Both the position numbers and the translations under genes were made by a program. Positions 38,461 to 52,060 of a stretch of DNA of 64,000 bases are shown piece by piece (positions within the stretch are counted from its first letter, which is position 1; every line of letters begins with the position of its first letter). Under the pieces are notes generated by a model. It worked only from the letters and a program-made list of their open reading frames with translations. It ran no database searches and had not been told where the DNA came from. The DNA is from Octopus bimaculoides (Eukaryota): positions 13,721,846 to 13,785,845 of the forward strand of contig NC_068998.1 of NCBI RefSeq assembly GCF_001194135.2, in the 5' to 3' direction.

Positions 38461-40418
38461 CACACACACATATATATATATATTCTTTTATTCTTTTTTT
38501 CTTTCATATGTTTCAGTCATTTGACTGCGGCCATGCTGGAGGACCACCTTTTATCGAAGAAATCGCCCCCAGGACTTATTCTTTATAAGCCTAGTATTTA
38601 TTCTATCGGGTCTCTTTTGCGGAACCGCTAAGTTACGGGGACGTAATCACACCAATATTAGTTGTCAAGCGATGGTGAAGGAACAAACACAGACACACAA
38701 ACATATACATACATGCGACAAGCTTCTTTCAGTTTCCATCAACCAAATCCACTCATAAGGCTTTGGTCGGCCCGAGGCTATAGTAGAAGACACTTGCCCA
38801 AGGTCCCATCCATATATATATATATATATATATATATANNNNNNNNNNNNNNNNNNNNNNNNNNNNNNNNNNNNNNNNNNNNNNNNNNNNNNNNNNNNNN
38901 NNNNNNNNNNNNNNNNNNNNNNNNNNNNNNNNNNNNNNNNNNNNNNNNNNNNNNNNNNNNNNNNNNNNNNNNNNNNNNNNNNNNNNNNNNNNNNNNNNNN
39001 NNNNNNNNNNNNNNNNNNNNNNNNNNNNNNNNNNNNNNNNNNNNNNNNNNNNNNNNNNNNNNNNNNNNNNNNNNNNNNNNNNNNNNNNNNNNNNNNNNNN
39101 NNNNNNNNNNNNNNNNNNNNNNNNNNNNNNNNNNNNNNNNNNNNNNNNNNNNNNNNNNNNNNNNNNNNNNNNNNNNNNNNNNNNNNNNNNNNNNNNNNNN
39201 NNNNNNNNNNNNNNNNNNNNNNNNNNNNNNNNNNNNNNNNNNNNNNNNNNNNNNNNNNNNNNNNNNNNNNNNNNNNNNNNNNNNNNNNNNNNNNNNNNNN
39301 NNNNNNNNNNNNNNNNNNNNNNNNNNNNNNNNNNNNNNNNNNNNNNNNNNNNNNNNNNNNNNNNNNNNNNNNNNNNNNNNNNNNNNNNNNNNNNNNNNNN
39401 NNNNNNNNNNNNNNNNNNNNNNNNNNNNNNNNNNNNNNNNNNNNNNNNNNNNNNNNNNNNNNNNNNNNNNNNNNNNNNNNNNNNNNNNNNNNNNNNNNNN
39501 NNNNNNNNNNNNNNNNNNNNNNNNNNNNNNNNNNNNNNNNNNNNNNNNNNNNNNNNNNNNNNNNNNNNNNNNNNNNNNNNNNNNNNNNNNNNNNNNNNNN
39601 NNNNNNNNNNNNNNNGTGTCACTATTTTTCTTAATCTCCATATCAACACACAAACACACGTTATCTCTTTCATTATACACGTTCATGTAGATTCTTTTTC
39701 TCTTTTCACACATGTACATCAAGCTCATACTCCACACATGTAGCCTCACCCTCTCTCTCTCTCTCTCTCTCTCTTCCTGTACACTTACACATCCTTCTCT
39801 TTCTCTCGCCACTCAATTTATCTGCACATCTACACATCTTCCTTTCTACTTCTCTGTCTATCTATTTATCTAGCTGCACATGCTGCACGTTACCACCCCT
39901 TTCTTTCTCTCTCCCTTCTGTCCCTCTCTGTCCCTCTCTCTCTCTCTCTCGACACTTCTACATACCCCCCTCTCCTCCTTCAGACAATGGCATGTGTCTT
40001 GATAAGGCAATTCTACAGTTAGATTTGCAATTTAGAGAATGTATAAATATAAATTAATAGGATTCACTTGTTGACAAGTTGCTTTTCATAACAAAAGACT
40101 CACATATATTCATATACATGCGGCATGTGCTTGTGAGTGAGTGTATATATGTGAGCATGTATGTATGTATGTATGTATGTATGTGAGAAAGAGAGGCAGA
40201 CAGACTGAGACAGACAGTCAGAGAGACAGTGAGAGACTGTGTGTGCTGGTTCAAAGATTGAAACAAGTTACAAACAAAGGAAAGAACTCAATACACAAAA
40301 GGATTGAATTTTAGAATATATATGTTACGTCATTCATAAACTTTCGAGAGAACGTGAAATAATTCTTTTTTGTAACAATGGCTCTTGAAGCACATAAAAC
40401 TATAAATAACAGCCTGCT

Positions 40419-40603
40419 CTTTTACTTGTTTCAGTCATTTGACTGCGGCCATGCTGGAGCACCGCCTTTAGTCGAGCAAATCGACCCCATGACTTATTCT
40501 TTGGAAGCCTAGTACTTATTCTATCGGTCTCTTTTGCCGAACCGCTAAGTTACGGGGACGTAAACACACCTCCATCAGTTGTCAAGCGATGGTGGGGGGA
40601 CAA

Positions 40604-40643
<40 letters not shown>

Positions 40644-40800
40644 GACGGGCTTCTTTCAGTTTCAGTCTACTAAATCCACTCACAAGGCTTTGGTCGGCCC
40701 GAGGCTATAGTAGAAGACACTTGCCCAAGATGCCACGCAGTGGGACTGAACCCGGGACCATGTAGTTGGTAAGCAAGCTACTTACCACACAGCCACTCCT
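40419..40800 (-). mobile_element. Full-length tRNA/CORE-type SINE, representative of more than 12 copies (e.g. 16010-16620, 26190-26515, 35710-36435, 38500-38810, 47690-48200)
   Basis: Head GGAGTGGCTGTGTGGTAAGTAGC...GGTTCAGTCCC, core TCTTGGGCAAGTGTCTTCTACTATAGCC and tail GGCGGTGCTCCAGCATGGCCGCAGTC. Resembles the Octopus OK/OR SINE group, but the exact family was not assigned. Confidence 0.9.
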
Positions 40801-41040
40801 AACTCTTCTCGACACAAGACGCAGGCTGTGCATGGGATACGAATCCATATTTCCCATTGACATAAAAGATATTCTCGACTTGTTTTTCTCCAAAAAGGTT
40901 TTTTCAACCCAATATTATTATTTGTAGCTTCATGCTCTTCAAGATCCACTGTTCCCAAAAAGGAAAATGTATGCATGTATTCATCCTTCACCCTAGTGGC
41001 AAATAAATGAAATCATCATCATCATCACCATCACCATCAC

Positions 41041-41079
<39 letters not shown>

Positions 41080-41559
41080 GGGGCAAGCTGGTAAAATCGT
41101 TAGCGCGCCGGGCGAAATTCTTAGCGGTATTTTGTCTATCTTCACATTCTGAGTTCAAATTCCTCTGAGGTCAACTTTGCCTTTCATCCTTTCGGAGTTG
41201 ATAAATTAAGTAGCAGCCAAGTACTAAGGTCTGTTTGATCTCCCCCCCCCTCCTCACAAATTTCAGGCCTTGTGCCTATAGTATTAAAGATTATTTTCAT
41301 CATCATTATCATCATCGTCATCATCATTATCATCATCGTTATTACTATTACTATTTAGCGTCTGTGTGTGAAGAATGAGAATGGGAAACTTACTCTATTT
41401 CCGTTTTTCACACAAAGACACAAACACCCTTACACACCAGAAGCAGGGATTTAGTGAGGGATCAGATTCGAAAATATGAATTAGTTCAAGTCAAGGTATT
41501 GAGCACTTGATCTTTCGCTTACTTTTACAAATTTATATAACTCAATCGAGTAGCTTCTA

Positions 41560-43460
41560 CAATCGTAGAAATTGTACTTTAATATGGAATAATATTCATT
41601 TATTCAACAAAGATCACACTGGAACCGTGGAAGAAGCTTTACGCTAAGCACCTCATCGAAAAAAAAAAAAAGATTGAATACATCATCAAGCGAATAGGAT
41701 GGATATCCTACTTCTTTGAAACTTACTCCACTGATACAATTATAGTTTAAGTTAAGAACCTCAAATTCCTCATCGCTGCAAGATCAAAAAACTTGAAACT
41801 GACCTAATCAGCCTGATTTTTAAAAGTTAAGGCTTAGACGCCATAGCTTCAAAATCCTCTTAAATATCTACGTAAAATCCGTTGAAGACACTCACAATAT
41901 CTGCATATTTTTCAACAAAGCAGAAAGACGTACTCCGAATTTCTATCAGACAATCAGACAACATTATTAAAACTTACGAAGACAGTTTCCCAATACTTAT
42001 AATCAGCCATGGACCATAAATATCATCTCAACTAAAACTAGGTAACAAGTTAGAACACCAAGCTATGAGTAATTCATACATCACATTAAAGAACCATAAA
42101 ACCATTTTGTTTTTCAGTTCCACTTATAGATTAAATAACCCCACTAAAATGAATAGCGAATAATTAACAAACAAATCTGTAATCTCGAATATGAAACACT
42201 ACGAAATTACCGCAATGGCTCGGTAGCGGAATGGTAATATCTTACCAAAATAGAACACAAGATATTATACATTCACCCAACACGACATTGTGGAATTTTA
42301 TCCATCAATTTCTAGACCCATCTGCAAAGCCTTAACAGCATTATAATGAGAGCCAGGATGACTTTTATTTAATGACGTTTCTTTATGGAACAACAAAAAA
42401 GGTGGGGTAAGGAACATTTCAATACTTATAGGGAGTGATTTGACTGGACGAAAATTTATGACCTAACTTGCTCTTTATATTTAAGATAACTTTGAGAATA
42501 AATTCTCCAAGTATATGAGTATATAAGTACGACAGCCTAACAGTTTTCCACGACGTGAAAGCTTATAGCAAGTTTAGGAAATATTTCGTATATTTAACAG
42601 AAATTGGTATTAACCTTCGAATTGTTAATTTTCTCAGACATCATGTTAGATTTAACAACAGACGATCACAACTATAAAAAGATCAAAGAAGATATAGTTA
42701 AAAAAAAAACCCAATTAACCCTTCCTACACTCTTGCAGTCATAAAACACGTGGTAGGCAATATATATGAGATTGTATCTAACGACACATTCAGCCGAGCA
42801 ACTATAACGGCACAATAACAAGCAACTTGTTTTCGTTATGAAAACAGAACAAGAGGAACATGTTTCACAAAACAGTAAAAATAGAAAAAGAAATGTCATC
42901 TACTTTATACCAGAGTCCAAAATATCCAATATCCGGCAATTTCTTGTCATATTAACTCTTTGTTAAAAACAATGGTAATGTTAACTAAAATCGTTTCATT
43001 AATAGCGCATCTCAAATATCCAACAACAACAACATTCGTACAAACAGAAAGGCGCAAAGTAACCGCTAGCATGCCATTACAAGAACGCCACGTCTTGTTC
43101 GCTTAATGACAAGGGCATCACAGATACACTTGTACACGTAGCAAAGATTATAACTGTAGATGATACCGAGAGGAAATAATTTGACTTCGCAGAAAATTCA
43201 TTTAAAACTAAATGCAAAAGAAAAAAAAACTCACTGCTTTACAATCATTTCCACCTCGCTATCAAAATAGAATTGAAGGTTAGCAAAATTAACATGAAAA
43301 GCTAGAGCCTCGCTCTAAATGCAATTTTATATTTAAATTTATCACAGGATATAACTTATGCTTTTCAAAAAAGTATATGTTGACTCAATGCGGTTGTATT
43401 TTTAAACAAAAATCCGTGGTGCTATCCGCGTGCGGCAATAAGAACAAATTTCTCGACTAA
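41560..43460 (+). mobile_element. Decayed Penelope-like element (RT plus GIY-YIG region)
   Basis: DIVEFYPSISR (42284), VNFL-DIMLDL-like (~42630), KNRKRNVIYFIP (~42880, cf. RKRNIIWFNPP) and a C-terminal NKNKFL-like motif (~43440). Confidence 0.7.
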
Positions 43461-43504
43461 ACCACGGGGTAGAGACATCCTACGACATCCCATAGTTGAG
43501 TTGT

Positions 43505-43719
43505 AAGGTGGCGAGCTGGCAGAAACGCTAGCGCACCAAACGAAACGCTCAGCAGTATTTCGTCTGCTGTTACGTTTGAGTTCAAATTCCGCTGAGGTCG
43601 ACTTTGCCTTTCATCCTTTCAGAATCGATAAATTAAGTACCAGTTGTGTATTGGTTCGATCTAATCGACTGGCCCCCTCCCACAAAATTTCGGGGCTTGT
43701 GCCTAGAGTAGAAAAGAAT
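43505..43719 (+). mobile_element. SINE with flanking direct repeat
   Basis: AAGGTGGCGAGCTGGCAGAA head and GCCTTTCATCCTTTC core. The 12-bp repeat ATCCCATAGTTG occurs at 43487 and 43720. Confidence 0.85.
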
Positions 43720-44033
43720 ATCCCATAGTTGTAGTTTCCCTCCATACAGTACAACAATGATATCTAGACTATCACTGACTCTCTAATAGTTGTCTCTATC
43801 TCACTCCTGTATAACTTACGGTCATCGTTTATACAGCTCTGCATTTCTGAACGCCTTATCAGCTGACAAAAGAAGACCAATAAAAATTAAACAATGTTTT
43901 TATTCCGTGAATCTCAAAATAAGCTCTGTTATTCATCTTTTTAGCGTTGAGGAATTGCAGGTACCGAGGAACAAAATAAAGACAAAGTAAAACAATATTT
44001 TCATGAAAGTGTATGTGTGTGGGTGGGTATATG

Positions 44034-44083
<50 letters not shown>

Positions 44084-45257
44084 TAATATCACCAGTTTTC
44101 ATTACATATATATAATAAAAACTGATGAATTTGATATTCATTCTTTATGTTTCAGTAATAACTCAGAAAAATATATGGAAATGCATCTATGTATTATAAT
44201 TATCATGAGAGATTTTACAATTAGCAGTACCGAACAATCGTAAACGTGAATAGATTGTGTGATGTAGTGTTGGGTACATTATACCTGAAAAAATATATAG
44301 GCGCGAGTATGGCTGTGTGCTCGTTTGTTTATGCCCCCTACAAAGGACCGATGGAATAAGCACCACACTTAAAAAAAAAAGTACTGGGGTCATTTGCTTC
44401 CCTAAAACCTTTTAAAGTGGTGATCCAGCATGGCCGTAGTTCAATTGCTGAAACGAGTAAAAGATAAATGGTGAAAAAAAAACCTGAGTAAATTGTAGAT
44501 ATAATGTTTCCTTGATCTGATAGAAATCTGCCTTAAACTACAAGCAACCGTCTTGAAAAAGAAAATAAAAGTTACTTTAGAAAATGTGATCCACGGTATA
44601 CAATTCCTGAAAAAAAATGTGGGCTGATCATGGGTTAAATGGTTAAATACCCTTTGTTATAAGTTTGTTCAATTAGGAAGGTCCTGGGGCTATACATTAA
44701 AAAAAAAGACTTTAATTAAGGTTCAATTTGAAAGTATACACAGTCCTGTTGTATCGCTCCAGGTGAGCTATGATTGAGCAAACGGTTCGCTGTAGCAGTC
44801 TGATAATTACATAGCCGTAGATACAACAACTGTAATTTCATCGCAAGGTCATTATATCGCGAGCCAGTATACCAATTGGTCGACTGATGAACCGATTAAA
44901 ATAATCGATTTGTTACTATGTTGACTAGATGATGATGGTATTTATGATAATAATCCTGTCTACTATAGGCACAAGGCCTGAAATTGTGGGGAAGGGGGTA
45001 AATCGATTATATCGACCCCAGTGTTTCACTGGTACTTAATTTATCGACACCGAAAGGATGAAAAGCAAAGTCGACCCCGGCAGAATTTGAACTCAGAACA
45101 TAAAGATAGACAAAATACCGCTAAGCATTTCGTCTGGCGTGCTAATTACTCTACCAGCTCGCCGCCTTAAATCATATTAATATTAATAATAATAATAATA
45201 ATAACAAGAAGAAGAAGAAGAAGAAGAAGAAGAAGAAGAAGAAGAAGAAGAAGAAGA

Positions 45258-45600
45258 ATGTCCAGAAGAAAGGGTGAGAGAGGTTTGACTAGTTTCCAGG
45301 ATTGTATCGAAACAGAGGAAAATAGCTTAGGATGGTATGCAAAAAATACCGTGGAACCATTGTTGAAACATGTGAAGAATTTGACAAATTAAGTAAATAT
45401 AAGGACCTAGAAATTGAAATACAAAAGATGAGGCATCTTAAAGCGAGAACTGTTCCTGTTATTGTAGGTGTCCTAGGTATGATAAAAAAAAAAGGATGTC
45501 AGAAACATCTAGATAACATCCCAGGAGCACCATATCTCAGAGAAATCCAAAAGATTGTGCTGCCGACGTCCTTAGAAAAACCCTATCCATTTAAATGTTT
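45258..45600 (+). mobile_element. Internally deleted R4/Dong-like LINE fragment next to (TAA)n(GAA)n
   Basis: RRKGERGLTSFQDCIETEENSL is joined to KLSKYKDLEIEIQKMRHLKARTVPVIVGVLGMI...EIQKIVL (RLE C-terminus). Confidence 0.75.
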
Positions 45601-46400
45601 GTATTGTATTACATGAAGACATTTCATTACAGCCCCTGCCACTCCCCCCTCCCCCCAGCTTTCAGTCATACTGTAACATCTCTTATCCTTCACTCGCCTT
45701 ACGACGCTGGGTAAGTCACGGCAAGTGATTGTAACAAAGATGCAGATTAAAAGTAAAAAATCATGATAATAATAACAATAAAAGTTTCAAATTTTGGTAC
45801 AGGGCCAGCAGTTTTTGAGGGGAGAAGTCAATTACATCTTCCTCAGTACTTGGCTGGNNNNNNNNNNNNNNNNNNNNNNNNNNNNNNNNNNNNNNNNNNN
45901 NNNNNNNNNNNNNNNNNNNNNNNNNNNNNNNNNNNNNNNNNNNNNNNNNNNNNNNNNNNNNNNNNNNNNNNNNNNNNNNNNNNNNNNNNNNNNNNNNNNN
46001 NNNNNNNNNNNNNNNNNNNNNNNNNNNNNNNNNNNNNNNNNNNNNNNNNNNNNNNNNNNNNNNNNNNNNNNNNNNNNNNNNNNNNNNNNNNNNNNNNNNN
46101 NNNNNNNNNNNNNNNNNNNNNNNNNNNNNNNNNNNNNNNNNNNNNNNNNNNNNNNNNNNNNNNNNNNNNNNNNNNNNNNNNNNNNNNNNNNNNNNNNNNN
46201 NNNNNNNNNNNNNNNNNNNNNNNNNNNNNNNNNNNNNNNNNNNNNNNNNNNNNNNNNNNNNNNNNNNNNNNNNNNNNNNNNNNNNNNNNNNNNNNNNNNN
46301 NNNNNNNNNNNNNNNNNNNNNNNNNNNNNNNNNNNNNNNNNNNNNNNNNNNNNNNNNNNNNNNNNNNNNNNNNNNNNNNNNNNNNNNNNNNNNNNNNNNN

Positions 46401-46480
<80 letters not shown>

Positions 46481-47039
46481 AATGAAAAATCATGAAACGA
46501 AATAATCGAATAGTAGATTGCCACCGTCACAGAAATTCTACCTTACAAAAAAAAAAGGAAAAAAAGAAACAAGAATAAACAGGAAAAGTAAAAGATTGTG
46601 TCGTAAGAATTCAACGCACTGTCAATGAATATCAACATCGCAAAAATATTGGCTTATTTAAGAGATATAGCTCATGATTTATCTTTTTTAAACGTTTCTT
46701 CCTCGAATCTAACTGCATTTTCATTTTTTTTTTTTTTTTTTTTCGTGTGAGTATGATTCTATTTTGGAAAGGTATCTGATTTATATTTTCATGTCTATAT
46801 TGAGAAAATTTGATATTAATAATATATTTTTGTCTTTGAATTTAGTTTTCTTTGTTAATGAAATGCGACGTATTTATTCTACGTATAAAAACTTCAAGCA
46901 AGCGAAATATTTACTCTGCGGATAAAATGTATGATGATGAATTTATCGATGTTGTATCAATAATGACCATGAATCTACCGTCCTACAATGTAATTACCAG
47001 CCAACATATTTACCGTGATGTAAAAAGCCATGATCCACT

Positions 47040-47495
47040 ACAAGCTCCAGTCCTTGTTGCAGTTTGGTGGTTTGTGTGCTTCAATGACCCTAAGAGTTCT
47101 GCTAGGGGAGCGCGAGCTCTTAGTAGGTCCTCCAATGCTGGACAAGGCATAAAGTCCAAACTAAAATGGACCACCTCTTCCTAGAGGTAAAAATAAGTTT
47201 GCGGTGTACCAACACCCCTACCTAGAAGAAAAGCAGAGTTACAGAAACATCTGTGACAATTCAAAACCAACAAGACCTGAGAGAAGAAAGCTTTCTCTCA
47301 AGGAAATATATGAACTCATAAGAGAAATGAAGGTGAGGACACTGTAAAAAAATATCTAGAGGCTGAATACAAAGGTAGAGCTGAAAAACCAGGGATCCAA
47401 CTGGGGAGTAGCAGAATAGACAGCCCAACGTTGAGAATAGTGTGGAAAAGTCGTCGATGGCCTATGCTCCATAGGGAGCGAATTAGTTTAAGTAA
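47040..47495 (+). mobile_element. RTE-derived bipartite element (second copy)
   Basis: Aligns with 4425-5200 in both the 5' part and the GATGGCCTATGCTCCATAGGGA 3' end. Confidence 0.6.
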
Positions 47496-47814
47496 ACAGA
47501 CACGGTAAATTTAGAGCTAAGAATTTACCAGACACTGAAACAGGCCTTTAATGCGTAGGTATTGTGGTTTCACCAAGTCCTCGACTAACAAAGGACCGTA
47601 CTGAACACCCTAATATGTAACAATGAAGAATCTATAGCATGCAATCTTGTAATCAAACGTTTGACCCTAATTCTTAATTTTTTTTTCTTTAAGTTTGGTA
47701 CTTATTCTGTCGGTCTCTTTTACCGAACTGCCAGTTTACGGGACGTAAATAAACCAACACCAATTGTTAAAACGGTGGCGACATGCACACACGTGTATGT
47801 ATTATTTATATATA

Positions 47815-47862
<48 letters not shown>

Positions 47863-47988
47863 CATATATACATATAAATATTTACATACATATAGATATA
47901 TACATATATATACATATATACATATAACTATATACATACATACACACATATACATATATACATATAACTATATACATACATACACACA

Positions 47989-48028
<40 letters not shown>

Positions 48029-48374
48029 CACACACATACTATGAGTTACCATTTAGTTTCCATCTACCAAATACAGGCATAAGGCATTGCTCAGCACGAG
48101 GTTATTATAGAAAACATTACATTTGCCCAAAGTGCGGCGCAGTGGGACTGAACCCTCATCTACGCAGTTGCAAAGCGAACTTCTTAACCACACAACCATG
48201 CATTCTCTCCACTGTTCAGTCTATTTCTGCACACCCGTCATTATCATATAACCCCAAGCCAATCCTGATTAAGCTGAATTACGATCAAAGACATGTCACC
48301 TTTTGCCAACCCTTTTTGGTGCTATCTAGGGCTACATTATCCAATGTTTTCTTTCCTTAAGAACAATAGGGGTG

Positions 48375-48485
48375 TACATTATTTACATTTGACAAATATT
48401 TGTCCTCATCTTGTTTGTTGTTAACACACCGCTTTGGCTGATATACCCTCAAACCTTCATCAGGTGTCTTGGTGAAATTTCGATC
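48375..48485 (-). mobile_element. Truncated copy of the hammerhead-bearing SINE tail (ribozyme motif 48423-48468, degraded)
   Basis: GACAC-CTGATGA-AGGTTTGAGGGTATATCAGCC-AAAG-CG-GT-GTGTT, homologous to 58560-58670. Confidence 0.8.
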
Positions 48486-49238
48486 CGTTTATGTGATTAC
48501 TCATCTTGTGATCAAAAATGAAGTGCAAAGGAGAAGAGGGTAGACAAACGAAGAATCAGAAGGCGCCCCCACAGACACATACAGATAAAACGACCAATGG
48601 AGAAGCCTCTGTACTTGGTCACTTGAACTACAAATAATTGCAGCCGAATCTTCTTCAACCTAACCACCTCTGCTGTCTTAAAATGGACACAGTGGTTTAA
48701 TATAATCAAATATGCATTATTTCAGAAAATAAGGTGAGATGGTCAGTACTTTAAATGACCTTTGTTCATAGACCTGCTTAATCGGAGCAGACTTGTTAAA
48801 TAATGAGAAAAAAACAATGTAGAAATCAAAGTAGAGATAAATAAGTAGAAAAGTATGTGTGTGTATGAGAGCGAAACAGAGAGAGAGAGAGAGAGAGAAA
48901 AGAGTGGGGGAAGGCGGGAGAGATAGAGAGGAAGTGTGTGTTTGTGTGATAAAAGTCATACAAGCAGGTGAAAGTTGAAGACTGATTTGATGAAGTAACG
49001 ATATATAACAGCTTGTGTATTATGGTGTTGTTCAAATGAATACATTAGAGAGACGGTGTTTCTGAAAGACGCAACAAATAGAGACGGTTAAAAGCGATGA
49101 TTTTGCAGACTGATTTATCGGTGCGGGTGTCCCGCTCACAGTGATGTATGAGAGAGAGACACAAGTTAAATATTTCGTTTTTGTATTTGGTTTGTAAGAT
49201 CTCTAATGTGAAGTTGTGTACTGAAACATATTTTGTTT

Positions 49239-49646
49239 TATCTTGGGAGGGTCATTATGTTAATAATAAACACGCGTTCTGGTTCTATTTCACTTCTTTA
49301 TAATTATTAGTCATTTGGTTACCCATTTAACCAATTAATTAATTGATTGCTTGATTTAATCGTTCGGCCAATCAATTGATCTGTTAGGTTTGTGAAAATC
49401 TTTTCGTCGACATTTGTGATCTCATCAATGACATACCCTCGCGAATGGCAACAAAAGGACTTTGACAACCCCGACTGATTAATTGATTGATTGATTGATT
49501 TACTGAACTATTAATCAAACAATCGATTAGTTAATTAGTTAAATAGTTATTGGTCAATAAAAATTAACCAAATAACTAATAAAGATAAAGAAGTGAAAGA
49601 AAATTAGTGGTGTGCTTATTGTTGACATAATGACCCTTCCAAGATA
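49239..49646. mobile_element. Tc1/mariner-type MITE (TA termini)
   Basis: TATCTTGGGAGGGTCATTATG...CATAATGACCCTTCCAAGATA, with imperfect ~80-bp TIRs. Confidence 0.75.
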
Positions 49647-50244
49647 CTAGTTAGATAGGAAAGTTATATTTAGTTGACTGCAGCAAAGCCGGCTAAAGGT
49701 ACCTACAGATGAGCATCGCAGGTAGTCGCCTAGGATGAAGGTATCACATTCTAAGGGATACTATAGCAAGTGCTCCAAATTCCAGCAGGAGGACAAATTA
49801 AATTCTTTGGTGATTTTGTCAAAGGAAAAATGACATTGTAATAAAAAAAAAAAATTTTTAACCTTNNNNNNNNNNAAAAAAAAAAAATTTTAACCTTCAA
49901 ATGCAGACAGGGACATATAAGCACAAGCTTGACTGTGTAGTTAGGAAGTTCGCTTTCCGACAAAGGGATTTTGAGTTTTAGGAAGACAGAAGAATCAGAA
50001 GACACTTCACACACACACAGAACAACAAATGAGTAAGCGTATATCCTTGATCTGATGAACTGTAAGAAAATGCAGCTGTATCTCCTTCAACTTATCACCC
50101 CCTACCGTCTTAAAATGGACACAGCAGTTAATATAGTCTGATATACATTATTTCAAAAAATAAGACGAGATGGTCAATACTTAATACTAACTTTTGATCA
50201 TAGACCTGCTTGATCAGAGAAGACTTGTTCCTGAATAATGACAA

Positions 50245-50619
50245 AAACAACATGAGAACTCAGAGAGCGCAAACCTCCGCCAAGGCAACACGAACGGCCT
50301 CCTAACGGTTAGCCGGAGATGATTTTTAAAATAAGAATATCTGAAATAAACTCGACTGCTCTCACAAACGAGAATACTAAAAATGAATCCGACCGCTCTC
50401 AAAAATTAAGTAAAAAATAAAAAAAAATAAAAATAATCCAGAATCCTTGTCTGATACCGGATCGATCCTAAAGTCTAATCAATTCGTATCAGTCACGTGG
50501 CTAAACATCCCTGAAAGTTTCATCCGAATCCATCCAGCGGTTCTTTAAATATCTTGTCCACGGACAAACAAACACGACTGAAAACAATACCTCCGCCTTC
50601 GCTAAGGCGGAGGTAATAA
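50245..50619 (+). mobile_element. Helentron-type non-autonomous element (HINE/DINE-1-like)
   Basis: 5' sub-terminal ACCTCCGCCAAGG (50272) and a perfect 12-bp 3' stem-loop TACCTCCGCCTT-CGCT-AAGGCGGAGGTA (50588-50615). Confidence 0.7.
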
Positions 50620-51002
50620 AGACATCAAATTAGAGAAAAATAAGCAGGTAAGTACGTTTATGTGTGTGAGAGAGAGAGAGGGGGGGGGTGGCATGAGCAA
50701 GAAAGAGAAAGGGAGAAAGAGAGAGAGAGAGAGCGAGAGAGCGTGTGTGTATTTAAGAGTCATATTGGCAGGTGAAAGTTGAAGAGTGATTTGCTGTATT
50801 AACAATCAATATTTAATTAGGAAGGGAGCCTTCAAAATTAAGCTACGCAATTGGGTTGTATTCTTTAATTTATAAGAAGAAGAAGAAAAATCGTAACATT
50901 TACCGTAACCTTTGCACTTTCTCTTCCGCTACATATTATTTCCTCGGTGTTTCTTACAAAAATGTATTTAAGATCATTAAATGAGAATACGATCCCTCTC
51001 CA

Positions 51003-51033
<31 letters not shown>

Positions 51034-51129
51034 ACACGCACACACACCACACACACACACTCACTCATAATTATATAATTGAAAAACAAATTAGAAATTT
51101 TGATGGTGTGATTGAATTGTTTCAATTAG

Positions 51130-52060
51130 ATTATTTTTTTAAATCATTTTAGTCGAGTGGAAACTCGATGTGCATGACCACTTCTAGCACATCCGTAACT
51201 AGAGGAAGGGAAAAAGGGAAGGAGATATCCAGAAACCTGTGGTCTGGCCTGTGGTCTTCCAACGGTGTGGACTCTGCTAAGAAGCATCCAATACGTTGGG
51301 TGGTCATGTAAGTTAAACGAAGACGTCAAATGAAGTCCACCATGCAAACAGGACACGGCGGTATTTTGATTTGTCACTAGAAAATGGTAGGGATTCACTC
51401 CCCTGCTTGTAATATATATCGGGTGCAGATTGCATCGATAACCAGCCACAGGAGACGTCTTTTTTAGGTTAAAAACAAAACAGTAGTAACGTCGGTTTGT
51501 ACGGAACAGCCATGTTGAAGTGGAGACAAACATTACTTCTCAGTATAGTTACTACTTGCATCTCTTATAGAGGTTTTCTAACTAACTAATTTGCTTGTTA
51601 CAAAATCTGGAACAAAAATAATAACTGGTCTGATTGTTTTACTTCGGGAGTAGAACTTCAACCACTTCCATTCCCGAAAGGATCACTTAATTCCAAGATC
51701 TACAATTTTTCTCTTCGGGAAAAATTTAAAACCCTACCAAAACATATAAGGGCGCCGGAATTCAGCTTATCTTGGATGATAGCAAGCCCTGAGCAAGGGC
51801 TTCTAGACAAATTTTGGAAGGCAGATTGATGCTGCTTTCGATCCTCGCTTGCCAGAAATTCATGGGACTCCTTCCTTGGATTTCTGGGTCTTCCCTTGGA
51901 TTGTGTCTTTCTTTGACGAGAGGTTCAAGAATCCAGTCTCAATTGGTAACAGACGTCAAATTTGTCATTACAGGGCACTCGACCATCGAGATGATTTTTG
52001 TACTACCGGATAAAAAAATCACCTATGATAGGTGTGAAGTCACTACCAACTCTAAGGAAG
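51130..52060 (-). mobile_element. Possible LTR-retrotransposon 3' end (pol tail plus LTR starting TGTAACA at ~51602)
   Basis: GC-richer block with a TGTAACA start and a weak RLLPIE-like motif. The second LTR end was not found. Confidence 0.25.

Noticed and set aside
44884-44915. CTGATGA followed by a small hairpin
   Set aside because: There is no GAAA or NUH afterwards, so it is not a hammerhead.
49845-49898. Direct repeat AAAAAAAAAAATTTTTAACCTT on both sides of a 10-N gap
   Set aside because: This is a typical unmerged contig overlap, i.e. an assembly artefact.
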